Assembly: GCA_038893355.1 (NCBI GenBank)
Contig: JAWARQ010000003.1
Span: 1 to 64,000, forward strand
Source: Sulfolobaceae archaeon
Lineage (GTDB): Archaea; Thermoproteota; Thermoprotei_A; Sulfolobales; Sulfolobaceae
Direction: 5' to 3'
DNA: 64,000 nt
In this document: positions 55,774 to 64,000 of the stretch, one piece after another
How positions within the stretch are numbered: the stretch's first letter is position 1
Layout of the letters: every line of letters starts with the position of its first letter
Position numbers and translations under genes: made by a program
Notes under the pieces: model-generated
The model's database searches: none
What the model was told of the DNA's origin: nothing
Seen by the model: only the letters and a program-made list of their open reading frames with translations

Positions 55774-56605
55774 CTAGACTCCTAACTATTATAAATATTA
55801 TTATCACTATCATTATGAGAACAAAAGAGGCTCCCCATGCTACTTCATTCAGATTAGAATACCCGCTAAATGCATAATTATAAATCAATACTGGAACTCC
55901 AGTAACTGGGCTAGTGAATGATGTAAGATATAAATTAGCAGTTGAGGTAGTCACTAGAAGTATTGGTGCAGTTTCACCTATAATCTTTGCAAAACCTATT
56001 AGTAAACCAGTAATTATACCCCTCCTGCTTGCTGAAACTATTAATTTCATGACCTGCCACGTCGAAAGCCCTAAAGAATATCCAACCTCCTCATATAATC
56101 TTCTTGGAATTCTTAACGATTCACTTATCTGTATTGTAGAATATGGTAACATTACAATAGATAATGCTATTGCACCACTTATCCCATTCAATCCTATATT
56201 AAAAGTATGATTAGCTATTGAAAATCCTACCACGAATACTGAAAATACTACTATACCTACAACAATAGTTGGAAATTCAACAATTAGTTCTAAACTTGCT
56301 CTAATTATCTTGGCTATTCTAGACCTTTCATAAAAGGTTAGGAATATTCCGCTAAATATTGAGATAGGGCCAGAAATAAGTAATGCTAAAGCTACCATAT
56401 ACAATGAACCCTCTAATGCAGGACCTATCCCGCCTAATCCATTTCCTGGAATTGGAGGCAGATCTATAAAGAACCTAGGACCATATCTGAAAATAACAGA
56501 AAGTCCATTTCGTATAATATCATATAATAAAAAGAAAATTGGTAAGAAAAATAATATTACTAAAAATGTTATTAATGAAATTATAAATAAATCTTTAAAT
56601 CTCAT
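55766..56605 (-). CDS. pstA: phosphate ABC permease
   Basis: PTIVVG, GETAP; pst operon. Confidence 0.9.
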   Translation of the reverse strand: MRFKDLFIISLITFLVILFFLPIFFLLYDIIRNGLSVIFRYGPRFFIDLPPIPGNGLGGIGPALEGSLYMVALALLISGPISIFSGIFLTFYERSRIAKIIRASLELIVEFPTIVVGIVVFSVFVVGFSIANHTFNIGLNGISGAIALSIVMLPYSTIQISESLRIPRRLYEEVGYSLGLSTWQVMKLIVSASRRGIITGLLIGFAKIIGETAPILLVTTSTANLYLTSFTSPVTGVPVLIYNYAFSGYSNLNEVAWGASFVLIMIVIIIFIIVRSLVK

Positions 56606-56609
56606 AATT

Positions 56610-57506
56610 TCACCTTAATATGATTCTCGATAAAATTACAAATGATATTCCTATAACTATCAAAAATAACGCCAATGCAAACATTGCATTATACTGTAAG
56701 CCGTATGCAGTACCAAATTGACTAACTATTAGCGACGAGATAGTATAACCTGGTGCTAGTAAATTCGGGGAAAGGTTTAGTATATTGCCTATAGTTAAGC
56801 TCACGGCAACAGTTTCCCCAGTTGCTCTACCGAATGCTAGAGCATAAGCCCCTAAAAAAGATCTCTTTATATAGGAAATCTTTATTCTAATTAACTCCCA
56901 CTTCCCAAGACCTAAAGAATATACAGCCTCCTCAATATATCTCGGAACTTGTGAGTAAGTCTCCCTTAATAAAGAAGATGCAAATGGTGTGATCATAAAG
57001 GTTAATACTATTGCTGCTAATAGTATGCTAGGGCCACTCGTATTCCTATAAGAAAATAAGGGTAAGAAACCTAGGTAGTTATAAAGAAAATTGAATAAAT
57101 TATCAGACAAGAATGGACCTAGAGACAATAAACCCCAAAATCCATAAACTACCGTAGGAAAAGATGCTAGGAGATCCGAAAGATTAGTTAAAAAGCTCTT
57201 AAGTCTTACTGGTGCAATATCATTTATAAATATCGCGAGAGATAAGGAGAATGGAATGGAGAAAATTATACTTAATCCTGCAGTTATTAGAGTTCCATAT
57301 ATCGCAGCTAATCCCCCATATTTGTCATCACTTGGATTCCAAATGTTTGTAGTATATATTGATATACCCAATTTCTGAAATGCGGGAATGGAATTATACA
57401 ATAAGACGCTAATTAGTAATAAAAAAGTACCAATTGCAACCATTGATGGTATTAATAATAAATAAAAAACTTTCTCTCTTTTTCTCTTAATTTTAGCACT
57501 TATCAT
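56610..57506 (-). CDS. pstC: phosphate ABC permease
   Basis: PTVVYGFWG, GRATGET. Confidence 0.92.
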   Translation of the reverse strand: MISAKIKRKREKVFYLLLIPSMVAIGTFLLLISVLLYNSIPAFQKLGISIYTTNIWNPSDDKYGGLAAIYGTLITAGLSIIFSIPFSLSLAIFINDIAPVRLKSFLTNLSDLLASFPTVVYGFWGLLSLGPFLSDNLFNFLYNYLGFLPLFSYRNTSGPSILLAAIVLTFMITPFASSLLRETYSQVPRYIEEAVYSLGLGKWELIRIKISYIKRSFLGAYALAFGRATGETVAVSLTIGNILNLSPNLLAPGYTISSLIVSQFGTAYGLQYNAMFALALFLIVIGISFVILSRIILR

Positions 57507-57507
57507 A

Positions 57508-58689
57508 TCAACTCACTTGAGAATAGATCGGATTACCATTATATGTAATTTGCTTTAGGTTGTCCAAAACTAACTGCTGAATATTTGAAGGTAAAGGAAT
57601 ATAACCAGAGGGTAATACATTTTGGCCATCTGTAACTATGTATTTCAAGAAAAGATAGATTGCCTTAGCCTTTGACTGATCAGGATAGTCTGCCTTAACT
57701 ATTAGCCACGAAAAAGATACTATTGGATATGCATCTTTAGCCTTTACATTTAAAAATACTGATAAGTAATTAGATAAGTCTTGAGTAAGTGAAGGAAGTG
57801 CAGAGAGATTTGCATTTTGAACTGCTGATTTAATTGAATTAACATCGGGTAATACAAATTCACCAGTTGAAGGATTTTGAATACTTGCAGCCTTTAAATT
57901 ATTAGCAATTGCATATTGAGCCTCAACATATCCTATTGAATACGGGTTTTGAGAAACATAAGCTGTTACACCATCACTCCCCTTCCCTCCCAAACCATTT
58001 CCTAAAGAATCTACTGGCCAATTCACTGTAAAGCCATATCCTATTCCCGAATTCTTCCAAGCGTTAGTAGATATGTAAAGCCAATATGTAAATATATAAG
58101 TTGTCCCGCTTCCGTCACTCCTATGTACTACAATTATCTTTTGATGTGGAAAATTATAGTATGGATTTAATGCCTTTATTGCAGGATCATCCCAATACTG
58201 TATTTGACCTAGATATATCTTAGCTAATACATCTGCTGTTAAATTCAAAGTGCCAGTAAAACCTGGTAAATTGTAAATAATATCAACAGCACCAACAACA
58301 TCTGGGATAGTAAGTATCTTGCCGTATTTTTGGACTAATTGTTGATATAAACTACTAGGAGGCGGTACATCTGAGGCTCCAATATCATACACTCCTTGGA
58401 GAAAATTATTTACACCAGTTCCACTTCCAACAGCACTATATGTAACTTGAATTCCAGGGTACCTAGATTGAAATTCTCTTGTCCATACTTGCATTGCAGG
58501 ATTTATAAATGTAGAACCACCTGCTATTATGCTCGCAGAAATTTGAGATACTGGATTGGATGTCTGTGAAGTTGGATTAGAGGGCGTTGTTGATGATTGT
58601 GGATTAGCTACTACTAAATAAACTACTACTCCTACTATTACTATAATTACAATTATTACTCCAATTAAAAGTCTAGATATGCCTTTCAT
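57508..58689 (-). CDS. pstS: phosphate-binding protein
   Basis: GSTF, GSGTG, GASD, HRSDGSGTT; MKG-IS class III-type signal. Confidence 0.95.
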   Translation of the reverse strand: MKGISRLLIGVIIVIIVIVGVVVYLVVANPQSSTTPSNPTSQTSNPVSQISASIIAGGSTFINPAMQVWTREFQSRYPGIQVTYSAVGSGTGVNNFLQGVYDIGASDVPPPSSLYQQLVQKYGKILTIPDVVGAVDIIYNLPGFTGTLNLTADVLAKIYLGQIQYWDDPAIKALNPYYNFPHQKIIVVHRSDGSGTTYIFTYWLYISTNAWKNSGIGYGFTVNWPVDSLGNGLGGKGSDGVTAYVSQNPYSIGYVEAQYAIANNLKAASIQNPSTGEFVLPDVNSIKSAVQNANLSALPSLTQDLSNYLSVFLNVKAKDAYPIVSFSWLIVKADYPDQSKAKAIYLFLKYIVTDGQNVLPSGYIPLPSNIQQLVLDNLKQITYNGNPIYSQVS

Positions 58690-58695
58690 GTGATA

Positions 58696-58730
58696 TAGTG
58701 AATATTTATACCTAAAAGAGTAGTGAATAT
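58696..58730. promoter_or_regulatory. direct repeat TAGTGAATAT x2 in the pstS/pstB divergent promoter
   Basis: Exact 10-mers at 58696-58705 and 58721-58730. Confidence 0.35.
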
Positions 58731-58801
58731 ATTATATATAACACTTTATAGGCTATATAGAATCTGGAAATCGATTTTTATACTCAAGCAAATAGTATAA
58801 A

Positions 58802-59587
58802 TTGAGTGTAATGAATAATAATGAGAATAACGTAGAGAATGTATTTGAAATTTACGATCTTAGGCTTTCGATAAACGGAAAATTAATTTTAAAAAATATC
58901 TCATCCCTTAAAATCCCGAAGAATTCAGTCTTTGGAATAATGGGACCTTCTGGTTCTGGTAAATCTACATTATTAAAGGTTTTAAATAGATTAATCGAGC
59001 TTTATGATGGAGTAAGGGTAGAAGGAAAGGTTCTTTATATGGGTAAGAATATCTTCGAGATAAATCCTATCCAGTTAAGAAAGGAAGTCGGAATGGTGTT
59101 CCAACAACCTAATCCTTTCCCACATATGAGTATATATGATAATATTGCTTATCCATTAAAGGCTCATGGCATAAAAGATAAGGCAGAGATTAGAAGAATC
59201 GTGGAGGATTCTTTAAGAAGAGTAGGACTATGGGATGAAGTAAAAGATAGATTGAATTCCCCTGCATCCCAATTATCAGGAGGTCAACAGCAAAGGTTAA
59301 CTATTGCTAGGGCTTTGGCATTAAGACCAAAGGTGCTTTTAATGGATGAGCCCACATCTATGATAGATGTAGTTAGCGCGCAAAAAATTGAGAACTTAAT
59401 TATAGAATTAAAGAAAGAGATTACAATTATTATCGTATCCCATAATCCACATCAAGCTGCAAGGGTTGCAGATTATGTTGCATTTATATATTCTGGTGAA
59501 CTAGTAGAATGGGGCCCTACAAAAGAAATCTTTACATCTCCTAAAAGTGAACTTACCGAGAGGTATGTGATAGGGAGGTTAGGATAA
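58802..59587 (+). CDS. pstB: phosphate ABC ATPase
   Basis: GPSGSGKS, FQQPNPFP, LSGGQQQR, MDEP. Confidence 0.95.
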   Translation: MSVMNNNENNVENVFEIYDLRLSINGKLILKNISSLKIPKNSVFGIMGPSGSGKSTLLKVLNRLIELYDGVRVEGKVLYMGKNIFEINPIQLRKEVGMVFQQPNPFPHMSIYDNIAYPLKAHGIKDKAEIRRIVEDSLRRVGLWDEVKDRLNSPASQLSGGQQQRLTIARALALRPKVLLMDEPTSMIDVVSAQKIENLIIELKKEITIIIVSHNPHQAARVADYVAFIYSGELVEWGPTKEIFTSPKSELTERYVIGRLG

Positions 59588-60199
59588 TTGGTTAGATTAA
59601 TAGATTTAGGATTAGAAAAACTTCATGAATTATTGGACAGAATGATAGAAGAAACTATAATGACGATGAATGAATTATTAAACCTAAAGACAATTAATGT
59701 GAGTAGATTAGATGAAATTTCTAAGAGAATAAGAAGTATAAAAGATGAGGTTCATGATTTAGTTATGGAGATTATAATTAGATATCAACCAGTAGCCTCA
59801 GACCTAAGAGATCTTAAGTCTGCGCTAGAGATTTCTTATGGATTATATAGAATTACTCGTTATATAAGGGATATAGTATATACTATTGCAGATTCAAAAG
59901 TAGACTTTTCACAGTGCAAGGAAGCAGAAATTGAAAGAGTAATGAAAATAGTTAAAAACATGCTAACTCATACTTTAAGAGCTTATAAGGATAGAGATGA
60001 GAAACTTGCAAGGGAAGTAATTGAAATGGATAAAGAAGTTGATGAGGCTTTCAGAAGATATTTCAATAAAGCTCTATCTTCTGGGAAAACATGTGATATT
60101 ATTAATTTACTAATTTTAAGGTCATTAGAAAGACTAGCAGACCATTGCGTATACATAGCTGAATCTACATTATTTGTATTAGGTAAAAGAAGTGTTTAG
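59588..60199 (+). CDS. phoU: phosphate uptake regulator
   Basis: QPVASDLR, DKEVD, LERLADH. Confidence 0.9.
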   Translation: MVRLIDLGLEKLHELLDRMIEETIMTMNELLNLKTINVSRLDEISKRIRSIKDEVHDLVMEIIIRYQPVASDLRDLKSALEISYGLYRITRYIRDIVYTIADSKVDFSQCKEAEIERVMKIVKNMLTHTLRAYKDRDEKLAREVIEMDKEVDEAFRRYFNKALSSGKTCDIINLLILRSLERLADHCVYIAESTLFVLGKRSV

Positions 60200-62126
60200 A
60201 CTAGGTTCTAGCTTCAGTGAGAATGAAGCTGGAACAGAATTTGTACTATATTCAGAAAATGCTAAAGATATAGAGCTTTATATTTATAAAAATAATAAGA
60301 AATATCCAAAGGAACAAATAAAGTTAAAGAGAGTAGGAAATTTTTGGTACGCATTCGTACCTGGAGCCGTGCCGGGTACACTTTATAATTACAGAGTTTA
60401 CGGAGTATATGATCCGAATAAAGGACACAGATTTAATCATAATAAAGAATTAATTGATCCTTTTGCAAGAGCTATAAATGGAATAATCAGACTCAGAGAC
60501 GAGCATTATGGCTACAAGTATGGTAGTGATTTAGAAGACTTATCTTTTGATGAGAGAGATTCTAGTCAATTCATGCCTAAATCAGTAGTTATTGATCCCC
60601 ATTTCGAATGGGAAGACAAGAATTTTAAGAGAATACCATGGGAAAAAACAATAATTTATGAAACGCATGTAAAGGGCTTAACTATAAACAGAAAGGATTT
60701 ACCCCATAATATTAGAGGTAAATATTCCGCTCTATCCTCAAAGAATATTATAGAATATTTCACTGAGCTTGGAATAACGACAATAGAACTAATGCCAATT
60801 TCCAGTTTTGTTGATGAAAGGTTCCTTATAGAAAAGGGATTAAATAATTATTGGGGTTATAATCCCATAGCGTTCTACGCGCCAGATTGTAGATACTCAA
60901 GCTCTAGCTGTAATGGAGAGCAGGTAAAAGAACTAAAAAAGGTTGTAAATGAATTACACATAGCAGGGTTTGAAGTAATTCTTGACATCGTATTTAATCA
61001 TACTGCAGAATATAATCATTTAGGGCCAACATTATCGTTTAAAGGTCTCGATAACAGAACTTACTACTTATTGGATCCAAAAAATCCGAGATTTTATCTA
61101 GATTACACTGGTACTGGTAATACGATAAATTATACTCACCCAATTGTGGCTCAAATGATAATTGATTGTATGAGATATTGGGCGTTAGAATACCATGTTG
61201 ACGGATTTAGATTAGATTTAGCAACAGTTTTCTCTAGAATAGATTATAACAGAATAGATTTCGAGAAAAGCATAATTGGACTTATAAGAAAGGACCCCAT
61301 ACTTTCTGGGCTTAAAATTATAGTTGAGCCTTGGGACTTTGGACCAAATGGTTTCCAACTTGGTAAATTCGGAGAACCATTTAGAGAATGGAATTTAAGC
61401 TATAGGAACCTCATTCGAAGGCTCTGGAGAGGAGAGATGGTAGATATAGTAGAGCTAGAGAAGAGATTAAACGGTTCTCTTGATATTTTCAGTTCTGAAT
61501 ACAGAAGTATAAATTATATAACATCGCATGATGGTTTTACCTTAGAAGATCTTGTAAGTTATAATAAAAAACATAATGAAGATAATTACCTTAATAACAA
61601 AGATGGTGAAGATGAAAATTATAGTTGGAACTGTGGAAGTGAAGGGGAAAGTGAGAATGAAAACGTAATACTATGTAGAGAGAGAAGGAAGAGAGGGATG
61701 ATGTTAACATTATTACTTAGTAAGGGAATTCCGATGATCTTAGGAGGAGATGAAATAAATAGGACTCAGAAGGGAAACAATAATGCGTTTTGCCAAGATA
61801 ATGAAATAAGTTGGTATAATTGGATTTTAAATGATAGAAAATTAAAATTTTTAAATTTTGTAAAAAAAGCTATTAAAATTCGAAAGAGTATAAAATTTAA
61901 CGAAATAAAGATAAGATATTCACATAATAACTTCATAGTCATAGATATAGATGAAGGTAAATATATATTTTTAATAAATGCTAAATCTGGTAAAAAAGAA
62001 GAATTTGAATTTAAAGAAAATTATAAAATACTGTTATCGTGTGACGATAATGTGAATATTAAGGAGAACAAGATTATAATAGATGAATTTTCATGTGCCT
62101 TACTTCAATTATCTTCTACACACTGA
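60192..62126 (+). CDS. treX: glycogen debranching enzyme (GH13 isoamylase)
   Basis: NYWGY, VFNHT, DGFRLDLA, EPWD, SHDGFTL. Confidence 0.9.
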   Translation: MFRLGSSFSENEAGTEFVLYSENAKDIELYIYKNNKKYPKEQIKLKRVGNFWYAFVPGAVPGTLYNYRVYGVYDPNKGHRFNHNKELIDPFARAINGIIRLRDEHYGYKYGSDLEDLSFDERDSSQFMPKSVVIDPHFEWEDKNFKRIPWEKTIIYETHVKGLTINRKDLPHNIRGKYSALSSKNIIEYFTELGITTIELMPISSFVDERFLIEKGLNNYWGYNPIAFYAPDCRYSSSSCNGEQVKELKKVVNELHIAGFEVILDIVFNHTAEYNHLGPTLSFKGLDNRTYYLLDPKNPRFYLDYTGTGNTINYTHPIVAQMIIDCMRYWALEYHVDGFRLDLATVFSRIDYNRIDFEKSIIGLIRKDPILSGLKIIVEPWDFGPNGFQLGKFGEPFREWNLSYRNLIRRLWRGEMVDIVELEKRLNGSLDIFSSEYRSINYITSHDGFTLEDLVSYNKKHNEDNYLNNKDGEDENYSWNCGSEGESENENVILCRERRKRGMMLTLLLSKGIPMILGGDEINRTQKGNNNAFCQDNEISWYNWILNDRKLKFLNFVKKAIKIRKSIKFNEIKIRYSHNNFIVIDIDEGKYIFLINAKSGKKEEFEFKENYKILLSCDDNVNIKENKIIIDEFSCALLQLSSTH

Positions 62127-62672
62127 CAGAAAGTTTTTATAAATCTCTACACCATGTTGAGTATGCTTTACTTCTGGATGGAATTGGACTGAATAAAAGC
62201 CTTTATCTTCATTAACCATAGCCTGAATCTTAGCACTCTCGCTATACGCTATTACCTCAAAACCTTGCGGTTCTTTGATAACTTCATCACTATGACTCTC
62301 CCAGACTACCAACTTTCTAGGTAAATTCCTAAATAGAGTGTCCTCCTTTATTATATGAATCTCTGTAAGACCGTATTCTGGTTTCTCAGCCTTCCTTACT
62401 ACTCCTCCCAACACATGGGCTATTAATTCATGACCCAAACAAACTCCCATTATAGGAATACTTAATTTAGTAATATATTCCTTAGCATAGCCCATTTTAT
62501 CAAGATCTTGATACACTGAATACGGTCCACCACCTAAAATTAAACAGTCAGTATTAATATCTTCAGGCTTAACAGTTGGTTCAATAGAAGTAGCATCTAT
62601 TCCCAGGTTCTTTAGAAGCTTTAAGATCAGATGATTGTATTGTCCTCCAAAATATACTACAGTAACTTTCAC
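62109..62672 (-). CDS. guaAA: GMP synthase glutaminase subunit A
   Basis: FGGQY, GVCLGH, SHSD, QFHPE. Confidence 0.92.
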   Translation of the reverse strand: MKVTVVYFGGQYNHLILKLLKNLGIDATSIEPTVKPEDINTDCLILGGGPYSVYQDLDKMGYAKEYITKLSIPIMGVCLGHELIAHVLGGVVRKAEKPEYGLTEIHIIKEDTLFRNLPRKLVVWESHSDEVIKEPQGFEVIAYSESAKIQAMVNEDKGFYSVQFHPEVKHTQHGVEIYKNFLSVCRR

Positions 62673-62703
62673 GAAAATTTAATGTTATAATGAAATTAAA
62701 AAA

Positions 62704-63177
62704 TTAGTCTAACCTATATGCTAATCTAGTTTTTGATACTGCTAATCCAAAAATTCCTAACAGTAAGAAAAGTGTAGGTAGATAAAACCTAGGCTCTGGC
62801 GCTAACCAATTAAAAACGTTAGTAAATATTACTAAATAGAATAGAACAAATGAGATAAATAATGAAATCACACCACCAACGCACCATGATTTATAGAAAG
62901 TATAAGTTAAGAATACGTTATGCCAATCTGTCTTAGAATTATCAACTACTAGTGCAGTATTCTTCATGAAAATTAATGACCTTTCACCACCTATCATTAT
63001 AAATGCCCTAAGCTTATTGAAGCCTAACTCATTAGCTTGTTCATTTCCTATCTTTAAATTCTCTAAAATAATATTTTTTATAGCCTCAGGATCTTCAATA
63101 CCTCTGCTTTCTAAGACATTACCTTCTTTAATTGTTAGATGCCCTACATAGCCAGGAACTTTTTCATACTTACTCAT
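62704..63177 (-). CDS. DUF2173/roadblock-like domain with two C-terminal TM helices
   Basis: IGNEQA...AFIM...VVDNSKTDWHNV then two TMs; paralogue of the adjacent gene. Confidence 0.5.
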   Translation of the reverse strand: MSKYEKVPGYVGHLTIKEGNVLESRGIEDPEAIKNIILENLKIGNEQANELGFNKLRAFIMIGGERSLIFMKNTALVVDNSKTDWHNVFLTYTFYKSWCVGGVISLFISFVLFYLVIFTNVFNWLAPEPRFYLPTLFLLLGIFGLAVSKTRLAYRLD

Positions 63178-63485
63178 CTAACCACGACCTCCTTCATGGC
63201 TATCTTAATGACTTTATCCCAATCAGTCTTTAAAGGGTCAACAAAGATCACTAGATCCCTTAAGTAAACTATACCAAGGTCATCTAACACCATTGCAAAG
63301 CCTAGAAAGGGTTTCAAAAACTTTATTTTCTCCGCCTGAGCTTCACCAATACTATAATCTTTTTTTAGAAATTCATATAGCCTAGTTAAGTCAATCCTAA
63401 CATTTTGACCATAAATCTTAACTAATTTATCATTTACAACCTTATATACTGCAATTAACCCAGGAATTTCGTCCCAAACTTCCAT
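63174..63485 (-). CDS. DUF2173/roadblock-like protein
   Basis: IPGLIA, IGEAQA, PFLGFAM, FVDPLKTDWDKV. Confidence 0.55.
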   Translation of the reverse strand: MEVWDEIPGLIAVYKVVNDKLVKIYGQNVRIDLTRLYEFLKKDYSIGEAQAEKIKFLKPFLGFAMVLDDLGIVYLRDLVIFVDPLKTDWDKVIKIAMKEVVVR

Positions 63486-63754
63486 TATATATAATAACTC
63501 GTTTATGTTTAAATACCTTATTGTCTATTTACTGTTTTAATTTTAAAATAATATTAACATTTAGAACGTTATAATAAAATAATTTTTAGTAAATTTATAT
63601 TAATTTTAATTAAAAATAGAAATATTTGTGGAATTAGAGTGCTCAACATGACGTAAATAAGGTTAAGTCTTATTCAAATAATTTACAGTGCATATTTACC
63701 AGAAAAGCTCAAAAACATTTTTAGATTACGAAAAGAATAGTATAAGAGAGTGAA

Positions 63755-64000
63755 ATGAATATAAGAGATAAAATTTTAGCGTATCTGTATCAGAAGATAG
63801 AAGCTAGCATTGAAGAGATATCTAATTCTATAAAAGAAGAAAGAGATGAAGTAGAAGTAATTGTAAATAGGTTGAAGGCAGAAGGTTTAGTAATTAAAAA
63901 ACAAAAGGGGCTTATAAGGAAAAAGGAAGTGATTGCACTAACGCCAAGTGGATTAGAGGAGGCAAAAAAGGTATTCGAAAAACTTGAGATGAAAGCTAAA
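63755..64000 (+). CDS. winged-helix protein, partial (runs off the window)
   Basis: MNIRDKILAYL..ASIEEISNSI..VNRLKAEGLV..LTPSG; open to the window end. Confidence 0.7.
   Translation, partial: MNIRDKILAYLYQKIEASIEEISNSIKEERDEVEVIVNRLKAEGLVIKKQKGLIRKKEVIALTPSGLEEAKKVFEKLEMKAK

Noticed and set aside
772-63151. Many short ORFs antisense to or nested in real genes (e.g. 772-963, 1401-1679, 6209-6457, 10995-11393, 23047-23391, 39958-40449, 55638-55877)
   Set aside because: Shadows of well-supported genes, with no motifs of their own.
1-64000. CRISPR array or cas genes
   Set aside because: No regularly spaced repeats or cas-like ORFs seen.

Overview
Chromosomal segment of a Sulfolobales archaeon (Thermoproteota), identified from slaAB, the non-classical sdhABCD operon, the soxM/soxEFGHI oxidase cluster, an intron-containing tRNA-Leu and archaeal lipid and translation genes. 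Most of it is core genome: htpX, S-layer genes, MoxR/VWA, SDH, geranylgeranyl reductases, MTAP and a purine PRTase, aRF1, tpiA, the SoxM supercomplex, pstSCAB-phoU, treX and guaAA. The first ~14 kb also carry toxin-antitoxin modules, decay products and a miniature IS200/IS605-like remnant. The most striking observation concerns the essential release factor aRF1. Its N-domain has no in-frame ATG/GTG/TTG upstream, and the nearest ATG reads ATG-AGT-CTT-TAG-TGA. A +1 slip CUU->UUU there enters the aRF1 frame, matching the architecture of the autoregulatory bacterial RF2 frameshift; non-AUG initiation is the main alternative. Other observations: two clear C/D-box sRNA candidates overlapping stop codons, ATT-initiated genes, a duplicated DUF1404 + Cys-Cys membrane protein pair bracketing the SoxM cluster, several pseudoenzyme-like proteins, and split or decayed genes. 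All family assignments come from motif recognition by eye; no database search was run.
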